From NCBI GenBank assembly GCA_002633005.1, contig NMRA01000675.1, forward strand, positions 13,171-77,170: a DNA stretch of 64,000 nt, written 5' to 3'. Made by a program: the position numbers and the translations under genes. The notes beneath the pieces are model-generated. The model was given only the letters and a program-made list of their open reading frames with translations, did not search any database and was not told the origin of the DNA. The number at the start of each line of letters is the position of its first letter. Positions within the stretch are counted from its first letter, which is position 1. The DNA is from Phoronis australis. Its lineage: Eukaryota; Animalia; Phoronida. Of this stretch, positions 52,630 through 64,000 are shown piece after piece.

Positions 52630-54240
52630 ATTTATATCGCCAGAGTTTATTGAATCGTAAGCCATGTGTGGATTACTTAAAAGGATAATTTTTTGACTAC
52701 TGTAAAAGAAATATGTATTCTACAAAAATGGTAATATTTTAATTTTAACAATAGATGGATTCCTGTAAATCTTTTATTTGCTGATTAACGTATATTTCTT
52801 GAGAGGCCGAGGAGTGAGTTTAAGTGCACTTATGTAAGAAGTCTTAATGTTCTAATATTGTATGTAGCAGATGTCTACATGAAGGAATACACAGATCTTT
52901 GTTTTTATGCTAATATGTTGTACTACTTTTCATATGTGCCCTTTTTGTGCACTAGTTCTTTGTATTTCTTATCTCTGAACTGCTAATTGCCTTTTCTAAT
53001 TAAAGTAGAACTTAGACGCATCCTCAGATTTCACATCAAACGTTAAAACCGTATTTGTGTACTCCTTTGCGTGATTGCTCAAAAAGAAAATAATACCAAA
53101 TTTTTAAAAGCAAGATATGTAGACTATGCTACTTACATGTACAAGCAAATCAAGTTACATAAATTAAGTACTGAGTAAAATTTTCAAGACTTAGCCATCT
53201 GGTCATGTTTCCGGCATTTTTTCAGCCAATCGTTGATGAGATCATTGGACTATTATATTTAAAAGCTGAATTATGAAGATAAATGAGAGTTACCCTAATA
53301 AAAGGCGTATTGCTGTCTGGAACGCAAAATATAGATAACTGGTTATGTAATCGAGATTTACGTTTTGCAATGAGCTCAACTTAACAAAATAATTTTTCAC
53401 TAAGCAACATGTGCATTATCTTTTCGCATTTTTCCATTGCAAAAGAAATTCAGCTGCACACGTTTGCTTAAGGATACAACTTCAAATGTGGTATATTCAG
53501 TAATAAGCCAAGCAAATGAACTTGCTTTGCCATTTAAACATTACTTTCAGCTGTGTCTTGCAATCTGTGCTGAATTTTCCAGAAATGGGATTCATTATAC
53601 ATATGCTACAGTCGTTGTGACGATGAACCAAGACAAGGCAGAGTTCGTCAGACAGATAATTAAGCTTCGTCACAACTCGAAATTAAAACAGAGGGCATTC
53701 TTATCAATTAGTTTTCTCAACGATAAAAATAGAACCGATTGCTTCTTTTATTTGGCTGTTGGTTTCGACCAAATAGTCATTATTTTATACCCGTAGTCGC
53801 AACACACTCAGACATCTGTTAAGATTCCTTAAGCTAGTCATATGTTCTGCAGAAACTAATTGTAACACTAAATTAGCCCAGCAAAGTAAACAGTAGGAGT
53901 TATTAACATTTGTATGAGTATTCATTTAGGTACACAGTTCAATTAATACATGTATGTGTTCAAGTGGGATGGGGCCCAAAAAATCGAATATGAATTATGT
54001 ACCAAACGGAAGCCCTTGAGAAGCTCTATAACATAGCAAAAGCCTACGAACACCTTATTGGTGGAATTCCTTTTTCTTGAGGGTAACACTTTAGTAGTAA
54101 CTTTATTTTCATGATATAATAAATTAGCTGAGATGGGAAATAAATTTGCATAAAATGAGGGAAAGTAAGATAAGAATTCATTAGTATTTAGAGCCGATAA
54201 CATTTGTTGTAGCAATTGTCACTGATTTAGCTGCGTGTTG
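52630..54240 (-). pseudogene. TLR-like pseudogene
   Basis: VFVGFCYVIEL, YFAGLI, HMTSLRNLN, FVKLSSLQNVNL/HNQLS (LRR); LIYLHNSAFKY..DWLKK (LRR-CT-like); weaker TM/TIR-like sequence downstream. Confidence 0.55.
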
Positions 54241-54299
54241 CATGGTTTCATTTAGTCAGTACTATAATGAAGACTGGGATTTAGTTTTGTATTTCGGTA

Positions 54300-55650
54300 T
54301 TTTTAATTTTTTATTTTATAAAGAACAAAAATGCAAAAAAGACATGTGAGATGAAAAATGTAAACCATTCTCACTCTTAAAATACACACGCAAGCACTCA
54401 CGAACCACGCACGCACACACCCACGAGCGCACATACACATCCGCCCCCTTCAACATGCCCACCCACTTTAGATATGATGTTGTCAGGAAAAATATGGTTA
54501 ACCAGTTTCTCCAGGTTGCCTTCTATTCATCTAAATTTCCAATATTTAATAAAATTCTTCTTTGAATATTAAAACTCTCCTTCGAATATCTTAAGAAAAT
54601 GACAGAAACTGGGGCACCACCTAGAAACGTAAATTAAATGTTTTAATTGCAAAGGAATCCAATTTAAAACTTTATTTTCTCTACTTGTGGGCAAGCCAAA
54701 AATCATTGTTTTTGTCAATAATCAAATAGATACTTTTTTCGACAACACCCAGTTGGTAATTCTTCTATCAATATTTTTATACTATTATGTTTATAAAGGA
54801 AGTGATTTACTGTTTCAGTTTGTGACTGGTAGAACTTACATACATCTCATATTTCACAGTCCACAAAAAGAGTATTCTTTGTAATAGTTTAAACTGCAGT
54901 GTACACAACTTGAAATCGAAAGTAGTTTTAAAAGACAACGAATATGTATTTTTCCGACATCACTCCCAAAGTTATAACCTTCTCCTTGAAATCCTTTTTG
55001 GGCGATAAACATTTTTGTTCTGGTAAATATTTTCATATACCATTTTACATATTGTTGTGCAGTTTAAAATTACAGATATTAAAAGGTATTAGTGGTCCAT
55101 TTATCTTAATTAAGTACATTTGTAATGGTGTTCTCGGAAGCCACCTAATAGACTCAATTAGCGAACAATATTCCAAAAAGTATGCATATTAGAGATCTTT
55201 TTAAATTCAGTATATGAGTAAAACCTGTTATTTTCATCAAGTAGATCATTAATAAAAAGAACCACCACTTGCATACCTGCTAGTATTTCATCATTATGCC
55301 ATAAATTTGTCGAGAGTAAATCATTCGCATCTTTATAGGGCTGTTTACGTATGAAAAAGGAACAGTTACTTAGAACTTCGTTCCAGAAAGAATTGGCTAC
55401 TTCAGTATGATTTTTAATATAATCATTTCCAAAATTTATGATATTTGACTTTGCAATCCCCGTTTCTAATTCAAATAGTTTCAATCGTTTTGATTCAGAA
55501 GTGAGTAGTCTTTTTATCCATTAAATTTTTAAAGCCATGTTAAAAATTATATTCGTCATTTTTACTCCCCCTTCCTCATCAGTTTTAATTAATACATCTC
55601 TGTTCACTTTCTCAACATTGTTATTCCAAATAAACTAAATTTTTTTGAGT
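54300..55650 (-). mobile_element. L1/Tx1-type LINE, ORF2 3' fragment
   Basis: FIWNNNVEKVNRDVLIKTDEEGGV..ALKI*WIKRLL..NSFWNEVL..LWHN..FINDLLDEN..YSYTEF; a (GT)-rich 3' UTR at ~54380-54460. Confidence 0.85.
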
Positions 55651-55699
55651 TTAATTCAAAACTGTGTTGTATTATCATTGTGGTCAAACATAGATGAAA

Positions 55700-56560
55700 C
55701 ATGCCATATGCAACATAAAACTTTTAAACTTTTAGTGAAACCCTAGAAAATTTTTCCACGAAGTACAGCATACATGTAGAACCTAATGATATATGATTGT
55801 GGCAGACTCACTAAAATATCAAGCAACATTAAATAAACTAAAGGATTTAACTTAAGAAATTATATATATTTTTAAAGTAAATATTCCGCAAAAGTTGATA
55901 TTATACCAATTGGCCAATAATTAGGTCATACGACCATGGATCAACAACACCACTGATATAAATGTTCAAAATAAAATCTCAATGTTGCTGTTCCAGGCTT
56001 ATAAATTGTGGTTTCGTTTTTGTTTTGTACTTATTTAAGAAATTTTCATCAAAATATTTAAAATACTATTTTTGAGTCCTTCTCATGCACAAATGTAACA
56101 AGATAAACAGCCGCATGCTTAGCACCAGTGAGCTGATAAAGTTCTTAAGAAGCGTTAGCAGAGCTCAGTGACTAGGCGCCGTCCAAGCTCGTTTCACACA
56201 TATACAACCCTGTACAATTCAATCACGGTTGTCTTCCGTTCCTAGTCCATTTACTACAGAATGGCTATCTTGCCAGACTTGAGCTCATGCGAAGAACACA
56301 AACCTCACACAAGCTCACGACAGAACGCACTCGGCAACTGCAGAGTCCATGTTGTGGACCTCAGAGCTAACCATGCCACGTCCGCGCCTGAGTGTCCCCC
56401 AGAAGCAATTGCCTTAACACGCACTCAGTCCGGGAAAAACAACCGAAAGTTCGACGTCACGTCCAACAAAGTTTGAATGCTTTATTTGGCAACGACACCT
56501 GCACCTGAATACACAATAGCAGGGAATGTACGCGGAAACGCCAACACCGCCAGCTGGCGC
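55700..56560 (-). pseudogene. TLR-like relic (LRR - LRR-CT - TM - possible TIR)
   Basis: SLPNKAFK, LLDVTSNF, LRQLLLGDT and GLCSSHELK (LRR-like); QP*LNCTGL; FISSLVLSMRLFILLHLCMRR (TM-like). Confidence 0.45.
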
Positions 56561-57611
56561 TATCAGTCGAGACAATAAAACAAGCTTAGCATAACTACAG
56601 ATATACCACTAATAAGCCAATGAAGGCAAGTACAGACTAATTCAAACTATCAATACAACAACAACAAAACGATAAGCAGAGTACTGTCGCAACCACTATA
56701 ACACAACGAAGGTAAAGTGACACTTATTGCATGACACAAATCTCTCACTACTTACATGTATATCTAAAGAACTGTTAAAGTAAATGCATGCTCATATAAA
56801 GTTGTCTGTTCAATGCACCCCCAATACACAGCAACAAAAAAGATATCCCCCACCAAAACGACTAAGTAAATGTTTCGTTAGTTAAATGTAACTTCATACT
56901 TGATGCAGCTATCAACGAAACAATTTTTGTTCTACAGTGGATATTTTTGCAATTATTGCGACCTAAGTCTTTCTTTGTGTTTGCTTATACCTACATGTAC
57001 ATGTACCTTCTAGTATTTTGAATATATGCGAAATTATTGTTTTATCGTGTATTGCCAATTTAGTAAGGATATAATTCTCAGTAACAATACTAACTGAAGA
57101 CATTCATGTGATATCCGAAGACAGTCTTCTTTAAAATTGGTGTGGGAAGTTCCGTTTTCTACACTATCGGTCATAGATACGTTATGGTAGCAACAACCTT
57201 AGTTTGCAGTAGGACATTTTAAAGCATTCTAGTAGTTTCCAATATATCAGTGATTGACAGGTATCAGTTGTCCGGAACATTGTAGAGCCTAGTGATTGTT
57301 TATAAAATGATTGTGTCCGTCCAGAAAAGTTCAGCGCTTGAGTTTAAAATTCAACACTGAGACCTCAACAGTGGTGAAATTTGCTTTTGCACAAAACGAC
57401 ACTACTCAAACTGGTTTACATGAGATCTTTATCGCCACCTGTTGTTCAAGCAAAAACTAGTCTGGGAAGTAATAGAGTTGAAGTGTTCCCGAGAGGATGT
57501 AGGATCAAAGAAGACAAAAATGGCAATTTACTGGAAGAGGGGAGCTCGGCTAACTGCGGACGTTGTAAAAATTAGCTTCCCAGCGAAAAATCAAAAAATG
57601 ACAAGACGCAC

Positions 57612-57874
57612 TCAAGAAAAGTCACGTGGCCTTATTTTCATCTCCGATTCTTTCATCGAGTAGAAGTAGCCGTGAAGCGTCGTCCACAATGTTCCTTCAC
57701 TTGGCAAGTCATCACTGTAATATCCTCTCAGATACAATCCGTTCAAATTCGCTTCGAAACACTCATCGTACCACCAGCCGCCGTGAAAGTAGTGCGCACA
57801 GCTTTCCTCATCGTTATCGTTATCATTGTCAATTGTTGAAAAATTACATCCGCCGTGATACGTCAGTGAATCAC
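57612..57874 (-). CDS. fibrinogen-related domain (FReD), C-terminal exon
   Basis: TTTCCAG acceptor, phase 1; GDSLTYHGGCNFSTIDNDND..SCAHYFHGGWWYDECFEANLNGLY..W....GYFYSMKESEMKIRP. It either ends at TGA or uses a phase-1 donor after KIRP (CCAC|GTGACT). Confidence 0.93.
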
Positions 57875-58039
57875 CTGGAAACCAAGCACATGTTTCATAA
57901 ACGTGTTTACAAGTATGGTCGTAGGTTAGAGAGCTGCAAGCACCTTACTGCAAACGTGACGGTGGGAAATGTTATATATAACTTTCGGTGTAAAAAAACA
58001 CATTTGATTCTAGGTTTCAACTCATTTTGAGATCCGCAA

Positions 58040-58720
58040 AAACCAACAGCGATGTACGACTGTATTATTTTCAGCCAAAGTTTCACAAGGCAAGGCTTCA
58101 AATACCATGACTTGGGTAAAAACAATGAGATAAATATAACCATATATAGCTCACTGGGTAAAAACGTCTCGTCTGGTATTTTTTTGAAAACGTAAACAAC
58201 TAAAAGTATCGCTCCACCGACAAACATGGATCAGAACCAAGGCACGACATTACATCAGGCATAATTTAGATACATCGAGATGCCCCTCACAAACTATACT
58301 GATATAATATATGTGTGGTAGAGGAGATGCAGTCACAGTAATGTAGCTAGTCACAATCTGAACTGTACTGTGCCGATAAATATCGATCAGATACGACCAA
58401 TGTACATGTAACAACCTTAGATCAAACGGACCTCACAATCAATTCGGATGCATGCCACATATCATTGGGTTCGTTTTGACGAGTTTTAATTACGCAGAAA
58501 AAGCTGTTGATTTCAAGTACAAATACTATGAACAGCAAGACATCCTGGGCTTTGGCGCCTCACTGTTCATGGTATCAAAGTTATCTCAAGCCTTATTCAG
58601 TGGCTTCCATTCTAACTCGTATATTAAGAAAACTAAGCTTTGTCAACCACTAAAAGTGAAAGAAAAAATATCAGGGAATACAAAAATATGTTATATATTT
58701 ATGTACCATTATTATTATGT
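58040..58720 (-). pseudogene. TM-TIR relic inside the FReD intron
   Basis: SLVFLIYELEWK (TM end); AILLVVYVFKKIPDETFLPSELYMV..SWYLKPCLVKLWLKII matches LILVxLExIP..LPxxL..YLxWP...FWxKL. Confidence 0.6.
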
Positions 58721-58859
58721 TTTGTAAAAACATAGAATTGGTATTCGTCTTTGTTGCGTTACGCAAAAACAGTTACGTCATGTATCCCATGAACGGCGTT
58801 CCGCTCATGGGATGTATGATATTGCAGTTGGATGTAAACAGTAATTGCATAGATATCAG

Positions 58860-58932
58860 GTCCCCAGTATCTCAGTGGTAAGAGCACTAGACCGGCTAAT
58901 TAGAAACCTGTTGGTCGATTCCCAGTTGGGGT
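58860..58932 (+). pseudogene. tRNA-derived sequence (SINE head or pseudo-tRNA)
   Basis: CCCCAG..TTGGGG acceptor-like stem, A box TATCTCAGTGGTAAGAGC and degenerate B box GGTCGATTCCC; the T and anticodon arms are imperfect. Confidence 0.6.
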
Positions 58933-59049
58933 TCCTGATTTTTCTATGTTTATTTGATGTACATATACATGTAGTTCATTGTTACACACGCCACTGACGC
59001 GAAACCAAGTAACAAATGGATAACAGAAATCGAGTCGGTGGTTAAAGCA

Positions 59050-60450
59050 CGTCATTAGCATGAGATCGAAACAGCGAAATGCCGAATTATCTAGCTAATT
59101 AAAGAAATTAGATGATGGCTTATCTCTTCTCACATCTTTCTGTGTTCGTAACCAAAGAGTGACAGAGGCGTGTGTCAACTCGGAGCATTCGTTTTCAGCG
59201 GTCGTATGCTAGTAGAGGCAAAACTCAATCAGGATCAAAGCTAGGTTTTGTCTTTGTTTTTCCTGGAACCGTGCTATCATGTGTACACCTCGTCGATTCA
59301 ACATTATGGCGACTCGGTAAATGAACGGACTGAGGGTACAAACGAATCTGCTATGCACCTGGCGAGAGATTCGATTTGGGTGACAACCCTGTAACCTTTG
59401 ACGTCAGATAAGTAGTAGACAAATTTCCATGCAGTTGTGCGGTTCTAAGGAGGTTCTGCTATTTTTTTTTCTCTCTACACGGTAAGTTTTTCATATTGGG
59501 AGTTCCTCAAGAATGAAGACAAAGTATTTTGATAGACATATCGGAATAAATGTAAAAATGGACAATTTTTGTGAGTAAGGTTTGAGATATCATAAAGTTA
59601 GCAGTTTACAGCATGTAGATGGCCAGGCACACAGCAACCACTCACATTTTATTGCTGCAGGAAATCAATGATACTTGTACGCAATGACTTAATAGCAGAA
59701 CATTTTTGCATGATTTCCATCATTAATAGTGGCTCTGTTTTGACTCCGGTCGAAATGCCACGCAAAACGTGACTGAGTTGGATACCACCGGGCGGAGTGA
59801 TATCATCCGAGCATGCACCGAGTGTGCGAACTAGAACAACTCTAAAACTAAACTTTGCCCAGAGGTAAACGGAAATCCGACTTACGAGAGTTGCATTACA
59901 CACGGAAAAATGACATCGCTGGGAAAGAGTGGCGTCGAATGTTTGACTCTTCAAAACAAACTGAGCCTTGAAATAAGGCGAGTGAATGGTTCTTGCTTTC
60001 TTCAAGTATCTTTGCTAATGGAGCTCAACCTGTTTTGGCTTAATTGCAAATTCATTCTTTTTAGGCCATTTCCACCCTCAGAAGCAGCGCTCAATATATC
60101 TTTAACAAGAAATAATAATGTCTTAAAGGTTATGGGTCCAAACCATTGATAACCTGCAAAGTTTGTCTTCATCTGGATGTTACAGTTAAAGTGCAAAATA
60201 GTATGTATGATAAAACTGTTAAAATGTTGAGTCGTTTTTGTTTTGGGGGGCATGTGGTATCATAGGCTTTCAGATTCTTCCAACAATTTGTCCAATAATT
60301 TTTTGTAATGATGAAGGGTAAATGGTTTAACAACTCTAACTATCACACACATTTTGGCTGCCTTGAGATGTTTGGCTGTATAGTTTTATCTGTACGTCAT
60401 GCCAACTTGGCAGGGCGTAGACGCAAGACTGACGTCGAGTAAATTTAGAA
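59050..60450 (-). pseudogene. TLR-like pseudogene (LRR - LRR-CT - TM - TIR) inside the FReD intron
   Basis: LKRMNLQLSQNRLSSISKDT (LRR); FSVCNATLV..VYLW and CSDDITPPGGIQL (LRR-CT-like); KFVYYLSDVKGYRVVTQIESLARCIADSFVP, GSRK and NECSELTHA (TIR). Confidence 0.65.
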
Positions 60451-60612
60451 GTATGATGACGTGCTTCGGTTGTAATTCATGACGATGTCTCGGAAAGAAT
60501 TGCATGATCTTGTTAGTGCATTGCGCCTAAGAAGACGGTACCCGGTTGCGAGAATTCCAAACGAATTTCATGTACAACCAAGACTTAACGGAAGTACTGC
60601 CTACATGCTCAC

Positions 60613-60786
60613 CTGCCGTGCTATTGCTGTAATAAGCACCCAGTGTCAATCTGTACTTCTCCGATTCGCCCGTTATATAAAATGACCTATACAACGAAAA
60701 GTATTTGGTGTTGTTGAAATCCTCCAAGTCGACACGTAGCTCGAATACTGTTGGACGATCGACAATGTTACGTATATTATCGTTAC
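60613..60786 (-). CDS. FReD middle exon
   Basis: CACAG acceptor, GTGAG donor, 174 nt, phase 1-1; GNDNIRNIV....ELRVDLEDF....FSLYRSFYITGESEKYRLTLGAY..STAG. Confidence 0.93.
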
Positions 60787-60859
60787 CTGTGAAACGAAGT
60801 GGGACAGAATCAGGCTTACAGCCAAATGCAACGTTCCTGATTTCAAAGAACAAATTATC

Positions 60860-61250
60860 TTACCTTACCACGTTTTATGACCTTGGACCACTGACCTTCG
60901 TGTCTTCCGAAACTTAGTTAGTCATCCTTGGATAAACACCAATAATTCAAAGAAAAGTAAAGACCACAGTGGCGTTTATTTGCAATGGATAGGGGCATGT
61001 TTCTCCTCTGTTTTGGAACCTGTTCAACTTCTACAGCAGGGATACCTGCTGTCAGTCTGAATGTGCTCCACCAACGAATCATTCCGATGAAAGAGATTGC
61101 TGAGTAAAGAATGGGTTTGCAATGACGGCAGTAATTTAACTAATAGGGACTCATAAGGAACCCTTTCCGAATATTCAGTGGACGAATGGAAATTAAGCTC
61201 TTCAGTGAACACACGTGAGTTAAAAGGAACATGTTCATCTGGAAACAATA
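60860..61250 (-). pseudogene. LRR - LRR-CT - TM relic between two FReD exons
   Basis: EELNFHSS..ERVP and LLPSLQTHSLLSNLFHRNDSLVEHIQ resemble LPSLxxLxLxxNPFxCxCxL; followed by PLWSLLFFELLVFI. Confidence 0.45.
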
Positions 61251-61323
61251 ACGATGAATTTCAGGTTCGTCACAAAACTCTTAAAGTCTTCACTAGATGT
61301 AATATGCACGGATATTTCCTTAC

Positions 61324-61420
61324 CCAACCAATATTCGCCATATGGAGACCCAAACCCTCGTTTGTAGTCCGACCAACGAAGCCTAAAATCTTGCGAGCCA
61401 TCAAAACGCCTTTGAAAGAC
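61324..61420 (-). CDS. FReD exon (VFQRR..EYWLG)
   Basis: TTACAG acceptor, GTAAG donor, 97 nt, phase 0-1; VFQRRFDGSQDFRLRWSDYKRGFGSPYGEYWLG. The upstream GGWT exon was not found in the window. Confidence 0.95.
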
Positions 61421-61499
61421 CTGTAAGAATGACAGAAATTTGATATTTTAAAATTTCGGGTTCAAGCTACATATGATTAAACACTCCAAAATTTATGTT

Positions 61500-62280
61500 T
61501 TCAGACTGTTCACTTGAAAGGCGAACTTGTACAGCTGTAAGACTGATGCGTCTTTACCAGACAACCAATATTTGATTCGACAGTGCTTCACGAATAGTCA
61601 GTTGTGGATGATGCTGAAAGTATCAGAAAGGGCCACTTCGAATGAAATTAAACTTTGTTCATATATGTAGCTGGGAGCTACGCACCTACGATGCGCGTAA
61701 GGTTAGCTCATAGCTTAAATCTGCGGCAAATTGAACCGTAAGGAGTGTATCTAGTGAGGCGGTGAATGTCTCACCCGTTTTAATTGTTTTGCTTGGTAAG
61801 CGTAAATCTCCACAGCATACGGGGGAGGTAAGCTACATGTAAGTACCTAGCCGATTACTTTTGGTAACCGGCAATAACAAACCACTCTCTGGTTAGTTGT
61901 CATGTAATAAAATTACGGTTGATGATTTATTACGAACGGAGTTTCCTGCTCAGTGAGCATTTTTCCTCGCTGCTTACAGGTAGTAATGAATTTAATTTAA
62001 AGCACGCAGCTTAGCTGGTGCCTCCCAGTCAGCAGTGGCCGTAAGAGCCAGCGAAGACGAATAATTGCTAGCCGTTTTGTTGTAAGCTCTTCCAAATCCG
62101 TGCAATCTGTCTTGGTCAGGAATAATGTGAGCCCCAGTTTCATAGCGGTAAGTGGTCAAATTCAAAAGATGATCAGATGTTTTTGAAGTTGAAACTGGGT
62201 AGGTTATCCCTTTCCGTGTATAGTTTGACACCATCTTCACATGCATTCCTTCAGGCACGGGGTCTGCTCTCACAATATCT
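61500..62280 (-). pseudogene. N-terminal LRR relic
   Basis: DPVPEGMHVKMVSNYTRKGITY..SKTSDHLLNLTTY (LRR-NT/first LRR-like); DTFSIIHN*LFVKHCRIKY and LQLYKFAFQVNSLK at ~61.5-61.65 kb. Confidence 0.4.
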
Positions 62281-62699
62281 ATGTATATATCTTTAATTGA
62301 TCACATGTTTATTCACTCTCTTATTCGTTGATTGTAAATGGGATATTTAACAGTGTAATTTCACCGATTTTAAGTCTTTAATTTTGTGTTAGATTTTAGA
62401 CATAAGGTTGTAGGATGATGTTTTCTTGGTTTAGATATTTTTGGTTTTAATTTCGTTTGCGTTCTGCAAACGCAAATTAACCCTTGAATCCAAAATATGG
62501 TGAATATGGTCTGAATTTTGTTGAATATGGCTAGTAGTAGGTCCGGTAATATTTTCACTAAACCGTGATTCGCCTATTATCCTGAACACGTTTCAAGTAT
62601 AGTCCCAATGCTGTTCTCTGACCCTAATTAAATATGCAAACAAACATCTCGGGAGTGGGATTGTTGGTGCCTACCAGTGTCCTTCAGCTTATCTCTGCA

Positions 62700-63530
62700 C
62701 TTGATTTCACTGAGAAAATGCATTGTCATGTTTGAAGAACACTGTCTGAACTACACGTGAATAAAATATTGGAAATTTGGCATTTACATGTGTGCTAATG
62801 ACGTCACTCCAGCTATACTGTCTGCATTCAGCGATAGTTAGGATTATACATGTCTTCTGCCGTTCTACCGTTTCAGAAGTCCTAGTCAATAGGCACGGTG
62901 GTTCAGTGTTGTCGGAAGGAGAAAGGGCGATGGATCAGAAATGAAACGGACAGGAAGGGTTGACTTAAAAATGGACCTCACGAAAGGAATGATGAAACGA
63001 AGGGAAAGTACATAATAAAAAGAGAATTTAAAATGACTTGACTAAGGACATTGAGTCGATGGAGAAGAAGAACAGAAGTCTTCGCTAAGGATGCTGGTTC
63101 TCTTCGCCTCAATATTAATTGTAACGCTCCCGTATTCTTGATCACATGTGTTATTAATGAGCTTGTGTATATGAATATGTCGATCTCAATATGGCATGGG
63201 AAATATGCTGTAAACATTATTAAATCCAGTCAGCATGCCATATGTTGGCCACATCACGTGAGCTAATGAAAATAAGTCTGAAAAGATTTCTGCCCCTCCA
63301 AGATTCGAACCCAGGATCTTTTGCTAACCGTGTAGATGACTTTGTCTCGATAATGCGTTGAACAGCAAAATAAAAAACAAGCTGGACGCAGACATTGCAC
63401 ACGATTGATATCTATGTTCACAGTGACAAGATAATCATAAATCTGTTACGTTTTATAATATTCAATGATGAAAACCAAATATTATTGTGAAAGCTGATTA
63501 ACAGCAGTGAACAGAAACAATAAGCAAAAC
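62700..63530 (-). pseudogene. TM-TIR relic(s)
   Basis: SSLFFILLFNAL (hydrophobic); FTAYFPCHIEIDIFIYTSSLITHVIKNTGALQLILRRRE..RLNVLSQVILNSLF (TIR); a second fragment VERQKTCIILT....SWS. Confidence 0.5.
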
Positions 63531-63541
63531 ATACACTGCAC

Positions 63542-63903
63542 CCCAGTACTGGCGTGGCACCTGTCCCATGCTGTTTAGGTACCAGATTTGTACTAAAAAA
63601 AGTACCGGAATAGCACCCCCATAGCCCCATGCCGGCGCAGTACCAGTTTGGTTATGTGTCATTGTAATTTGTTCCGCATTGTGGTGACCCGGTGCCGGCT
63701 TGGCAGCATCTCAGCACCGCCATTGATCTGGCAGCATTTCACATGTAGTGGCGTGGTGCTGGCTGGGCCGGTGCTGGCCTGGTGCCGGCTGAGTGACCGA
63801 ACTGGTGGAAATATTGTGCGCAAGCGGTGCCGGACCCGGTACCGTTTTGGTACCCTGCGCCGGTACCGTGCTGGAACTAGCATGTACCATAATGTTTGCT
63901 GGG
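63542..63903. mobile_element. GC-rich non-autonomous DNA element with CCCAG..CTGGG ends
   Basis: Right end TGTTTGCTGGG, left end CCCAG, and repeated GGTACC/GCACCG/GTGCCGG sub-motifs. Confidence 0.5.
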
Positions 63904-64000
63904 ATCTAAACTGCAGCTCAGATCATAAGCGTAGCATTCACATGGTTAGAAGGAGCCAACGAGAGAGATTTGTTTCAGTACACTGTAGTCTGTTGTCTGA

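Noticed and set aside
56170-56510. SRCR exon (WTLQLPSAFCREL, LNCTG..ETSL)
   Set aside because: It has multiple stops, and the same stretch gives several LRR motifs followed by a TM-like segment, so a TLR relic fits better. Not fully excluded.
61992-62273. IgGFc-binding-domain exon
   Set aside because: Only a weak GxHxI..FG resemblance; an LRR-NT/LRR reading fits at least as well.
63329-63395. signal-peptide first exon for the FReD gene (MSASSLFFILLF..)
   Set aside because: It lies where a TM would precede the 63.2 kb TIR relic, and no FReD N-terminal (GGWT) exon was found between it and 61420.

Overview
AT-rich eukaryotic DNA, most likely a marine invertebrate (inferred from GT-AG exons, frequent TACATGTA, and Helentron/pearl-type, Crypton, Academ-like and Tx1 elements). 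Most ORFs in the supplied track are spurious or decayed. The dominant hidden signal is a graveyard of Toll-like-receptor-like sequence, all on the minus strand. From ~1.3 to 26.6 kb there are about 11-12 diverged copies of a ~1.9 kb unit whose hand-built consensus reads as frameshifted LRR, LRR-CT, TM and TIR segments. At least a dozen further dispersed LRR/TM/TIR relics lie between 17.6 and 63.5 kb. Among them, on the same strand, are intact splice-bounded exons for a fibrinogen-related domain (3 exons), a TSP1 repeat and a terminal TLDc domain; these are phase-compatible with one unusual FReD-TSP1-TLDc gene whose introns consist largely of TLR debris. The rest is transposon remnants and tandem repeats. 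All domain calls are by-eye motif matches, often across frameshifts; no database search was run, and relic boundaries are approximate.
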